Virus record (IMG/VR): IMGVR_UViG_3300032038_009890
Coordinates: 32,001 to 96,000 of that record
Source of the DNA: a virus
Taxonomy: Duplodnaviria > Caudoviricetes
Reading direction: 5' to 3' (one strand)
DNA: 64,000 nucleotides
Shown in pieces: positions 60,488 to 64,000 of the stretch; position 1 is the first letter of the stretch; every line of letters begins with the position of its first letter. Both the position numbers and the translations under genes were made by a program. Under the pieces are notes generated by a model. That model made no database searches. It worked only from the letters and a program-made list of their open reading frames with translations, and had not been told where the DNA came from.

Positions 60488-63400
60488 TACTCAAATTGAT
60501 CTGGTATGTCACGATAAATTTTTTTGCCAGTTTTAGGATTGATTTCTCCTGTTGGTTCGCGCTTGGGTTTCTTGTTGATGCTTTTAATATAGATTTCTCC
60601 CCCTACTTTAAAATCTGTTTCAATCATCTGAGAATTCCATATATTTACTTCTCTAGTCTTTCCAGAATATGGCTCATATACTTTAAGCTTTGTAACTGCT
60701 CTATTTGAATTGATATCAGTTATAAAATACTTTCTCTTATTATATGATGAGTCTTTTGATGTCGGATACCCAAGTAATTCGATTTCGTATTTAATATGTT
60801 GAGCAATTGTAGTTTTAGGTTCATGTAATCCGGAAACTAATTCTGTAATAAGCCCAATAACATCCACATCCTTGTACAGCTTATCAGTTTCTTTGCCGAC
60901 ATATTTCAAAAGACGATCTTGAGGTATTCCATACTCGGAAAGTTGTTCTTTGTTAAATTGCCTTTTCCCAGAGTACTTATTATATATCTTAACAGTCTTC
61001 AGAAGCGTATTGATATCTCCAAATTCTGAAAAGAAATCCAATTTAATAAGTATATCCAGTTGTTTGCTATTAATCGTTGTTTGTTTTTTCAAGTCTTCTA
61101 ATAGATCAACAAACGAACCATACTTATTATCTTTCAGCGAATAAATTTCTTCCGGCACAGTCATGTTAATAAACTTAATCGAGCCAAGCCCTTTGTAGAT
61201 TGTTTTCGTACTCTTATCAAATGAGTACCCACTTCTGGAGAATCTGTATTTTATACCGCTCAGTGATATTCCAAAATATTTCAGCTCATTTCTAAGTTTG
61301 TTTGTTCGTATCTCATCGTCAAGATAGTTATTAAAGCAAACCGTGTAATATTCTAGCGGATAATTAACCTTCAAATATGCTCCATAACACATGTCTAAGC
61401 TAGTGCTCGCTGCATGTGATGAGCAAAATCCGTAGGAAATACACGATTGTATCATTTGCCATGTTTCTTCAAACTTATCTTTACTGCCAGTTTTTGCAAT
61501 CCAATTTTTTTCTAATCGTTCCTCAAGATTCGAAAAGTCTTCTGGTTTGATCTTCTTTTTAGAAATCTTTTTTATCAATCCGATTGACTCAGCAGGTGTT
61601 ACTCCAAGCCATTCGAAGTATTGCATCAAATTTTCTTGGAATAAAATGTACGACTTTGTGTTTGATAGTACGAGATCTAGGTCTTTTGATCCTGTCGAGT
61701 ATGGAGTCTTGCTCAAAAATTGCTCTCGCCAAGAATCAAAAGATGGTCTTATAGCAGCGGCAATAAAAGCACCTTCTTCAAACGATGAAATTCCGTATCT
61801 CTTAGCCTGATGCATTCCATTATCTGAATCCACCTGATTCAATGTGCAAGTTAAGCCTTCTTTAAATAAATTCCAGATTCTCTGATCATCTTTAATAGAA
61901 GCAAGTAGTTCACTGGCCTTAATAATAGGTTTATGTATCAGATCAAAGGTTTCACTGATAAGTTTCCAAACCTTGACAATCAGATAATCGTTTTTTAAAT
62001 ACTTATATTCATCGGCTTCCCCAGATGTTATCATAACACATAAGAATTCTCCCATTCTCACAACACCAAATTCATAGCGAAGATCGGTGTTATAAAGAAT
62101 ATGGGCGCATGGATGTACAGATGCGCTTACGATTGTACCCACATATTTCTGTGCTTCTTGAATTATGCTCTTCCACTTAGGATCTTCCTGATACCGCTCA
62201 AGATTCTTAGCAACTTCATTGAAAGAATCAAAATCCAAACCTTTTGATCTACATACATTTCTAAACGCTTCAGATAATTGCATGGTTCCATAAGCTATCA
62301 TAGGATAACATCCATATTCACCCAACAGTTCTCTAGATGCATCTACAAAAGGCTTTTGTGATACCACGTTATAATCGATATCTGGAAGTGCTTTGTTTTC
62401 CAGTAATCTTGCGGTACTTGCAAATCTATCAGGGAATATAGGGATATTAATCCTAAATCTATCAAGCTGAGTCATACCCAAGATTCTGTTTACATAGAAG
62501 CTACCCGCACTACCACGTCCGCCCCGAGTAAGAACACCATTATATTTATTAACAGCAAGATAAACATTTTTCTCATTAAATAGGAAGTAATCAGACGTAT
62601 GAATTTCGTCATTCGTATCTCTGATCGTTTTCAGTTCATATTTGATGCCATCAATATATTTTGGTAGTTCTTCTTCAGTAATCTTATCTTCGACTTTGAT
62701 TTGCTCAAATCTTTTCCACACTTCACTTTCAAGTAAATCCATTCTTTCTGGTAAAGTCAAATCGGGATAGATCGTAGGCATTTTAATAGTCTTATCCAGA
62801 TATATTTCTTCGCATTCATCAAAGATCAATGTATTTTCTAGCGAAGATTTTATTTGATCATCGGAGAATACCCCCTGTTTCTTAAATCGAGAAAACATCG
62901 TGTCATAATCTGGGTAATCTAAGATGAATTCATCCTCTTCTCCATAATTAATATGTTTTCCTTTAAGTAATTCCAGGCGTTCCTTTTGACCAGAAGAATC
63001 AATATAATGACTATCATTTGCCGCAATTAGTTCAAGACCGAACTTTCTATGAAATTCCAATGCTTTATTGTTTATGTCGATCTGAATCTGTACGTTATGG
63101 TTCTGAATCTCAAGGAAAAGATTGTGACCAAAATGTTTATATAATGGCATGAATAATTGTTCTATTGAAATTTCATCTCTTAAAAGCCCTGCGCAACAGG
63201 CGGTGGTAATATATACATCATCTGGATCCAGATCTAATAAATCTTGAATGAATATTCTTGGCTTGTAGTAATACCCAGATATATTTGCGTGGCTAGAAAC
63301 ATAGTTTACTTTTTTTCTACTCTTATCTGTCCTTGGAATTATAATAATATGGTAATTGCTCTTATCTTTTTCCAGAGGATTAGGTACAATATATCCTTCT

Positions 63401-63603
63401 AACCCCGCAAGACATCTTATTCCATATTTATCACAAAGAGTACGGGCTTCAAAAATGTCACCCATACTTCCATGGTTTGTTGTGAAATAGTTTGTATGGC
63501 CATACTCAAGTGCCTTAATTATGTATTCTTCTTGTTTTGTATTCGTATCTGGCGTAAAGATATTAGATAAATGATCATGTTTATGATAATTATTATATCT
63601 CAT
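60445..63603 (-). CDS. dnaE: DNA polymerase III alpha subunit (family C)
   Basis: PHP HKHDH, TNHG, ANDSHY; GRGSAG; LPDIDYN; LFQE; YGFCSSHA; YLKVNYPLEYY. 1052 aa with no TAG. Confidence 0.93.
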   Translation of the reverse strand: MRYNNYHKHDHLSNIFTPDTNTKQEEYIIKALEYGHTNYFTTNHGSMGDIFEARTLCDKYGIRCLAGLEGYIVPNPLEKDKSNYHIIIIPRTDKSRKKVNYVSSHANISGYYYKPRIFIQDLLDLDPDDVYITTACCAGLLRDEISIEQLFMPLYKHFGHNLFLEIQNHNVQIQIDINNKALEFHRKFGLELIAANDSHYIDSSGQKERLELLKGKHINYGEEDEFILDYPDYDTMFSRFKKQGVFSDDQIKSSLENTLIFDECEEIYLDKTIKMPTIYPDLTLPERMDLLESEVWKRFEQIKVEDKITEEELPKYIDGIKYELKTIRDTNDEIHTSDYFLFNEKNVYLAVNKYNGVLTRGGRGSAGSFYVNRILGMTQLDRFRINIPIFPDRFASTARLLENKALPDIDYNVVSQKPFVDASRELLGEYGCYPMIAYGTMQLSEAFRNVCRSKGLDFDSFNEVAKNLERYQEDPKWKSIIQEAQKYVGTIVSASVHPCAHILYNTDLRYEFGVVRMGEFLCVMITSGEADEYKYLKNDYLIVKVWKLISETFDLIHKPIIKASELLASIKDDQRIWNLFKEGLTCTLNQVDSDNGMHQAKRYGISSFEEGAFIAAAIRPSFDSWREQFLSKTPYSTGSKDLDLVLSNTKSYILFQENLMQYFEWLGVTPAESIGLIKKISKKKIKPEDFSNLEERLEKNWIAKTGSKDKFEETWQMIQSCISYGFCSSHAASTSLDMCYGAYLKVNYPLEYYTVCFNNYLDDEIRTNKLRNELKYFGISLSGIKYRFSRSGYSFDKSTKTIYKGLGSIKFINMTVPEEIYSLKDNKYGSFVDLLEDLKKQTTINSKQLDILIKLDFFSEFGDINTLLKTVKIYNKYSGKRQFNKEQLSEYGIPQDRLLKYVGKETDKLYKDVDVIGLITELVSGLHEPKTTIAQHIKYEIELLGYPTSKDSSYNKRKYFITDINSNRAVTKLKVYEPYSGKTREVNIWNSQMIETDFKVGGEIYIKSINKKPKREPTGEINPKTGKKIYRDIPDQFEYWLERYYILDGEIT

Positions 63604-63606
63604 TGA

Positions 63607-64000
63607 TCACTCCTTAATGTGCAGCCATTGTATTATTCCCATCAGCATAAATTTTCTTCCAATATAATTCGCCTGTAGTTCTACAACAGCTTCTAATTCA
63701 TACCCAAACATAGATGCATCATCAAGTTCTTCCCAATCTCCATTGAAGTTCCATTGGACAAGATTTAATCCGCAATCACCAATATCAATTACAAGATGTT
63801 TACCTTTAGACATATTTTTGATCTCATAATCGGTAATTCCATCAAGATAAACACGAACAGGTTTGAAACCATTTCCTGAGATTCTATCAATCTTTTCAAT
63901 AAAACTAATATAATCTCTCGTAATATCCTTGACATTTGCCCAAATGTCAGCATCCATAGTTTCTTCAAACTCACCAACTTCAGGCAAAACTTTCTCCATG
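63607..64000 (-). CDS. Probable C-terminus of a RecJ-like ssDNA exonuclease (truncated by the window)
   Basis: GNGFKPVRV...KGKHL...LQANY OB-like pattern, directly upstream of dnaE. Confidence 0.5.
   Translation of the reverse strand, partial: MEKVLPEVGEFEETMDADIWANVKDITRDYISFIEKIDRISGNGFKPVRVYLDGITDYEIKNMSKGKHLVIDIGDCGLNLVQWNFNGDWEELDDASMFGYELEAVVELQANYIGRKFMLMGIIQWLHIKE

Overview
64 kb of a large, AT-rich, temperate tailed-phage genome; a Firmicutes/Clostridia-type host is inferred from GGAGGTG ribosome-binding sites, frequent TTG starts and a CHAP/SH3b endolysin. There are two convergent arms. The + strand (1-23449) is the tail, lysis and fibre module. Its 'fragmented' ORF track is an artefact: the interruptions I traced are all in-frame TAG codons (about 90 by hand count), and reading TAG as Gln (code-15-like) restores about 19 intact genes ending in TAA/TGA. 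The - strand (23811-64000) holds a tyrosine integrase, nucleotide metabolism (gmk, dUTPase, nrdD/nrdG, thyX), replication genes (dnaE, NAD ligase, RecJ-like, ERCC4 nuclease) and many small accessory genes. These avoid sense TAG, and two small ORFs appear to use TAG as stop. The exceptions are two mobile endonucleases: a LAGLIDADG ORF inside a group I intron in nrdD, and a Vsr-like endonuclease that splits the NAD ligase into two genes and is fused in frame, behind three TAG codons, to the ligase C-terminal half. Other highlights: a formate/nitrite channel overlapping nrdG, an ATLF-like zinc peptidase in the tape measure protein, a heptad-periodic Cys coiled coil, a lipoprotein L,D-transpeptidase, a boxA-like element and a repeated promoter-proximal motif. 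I saw no suppressor tRNA, CRISPR array or reverse transcriptase. All family assignments come from motif recognition by eye, not database searches.
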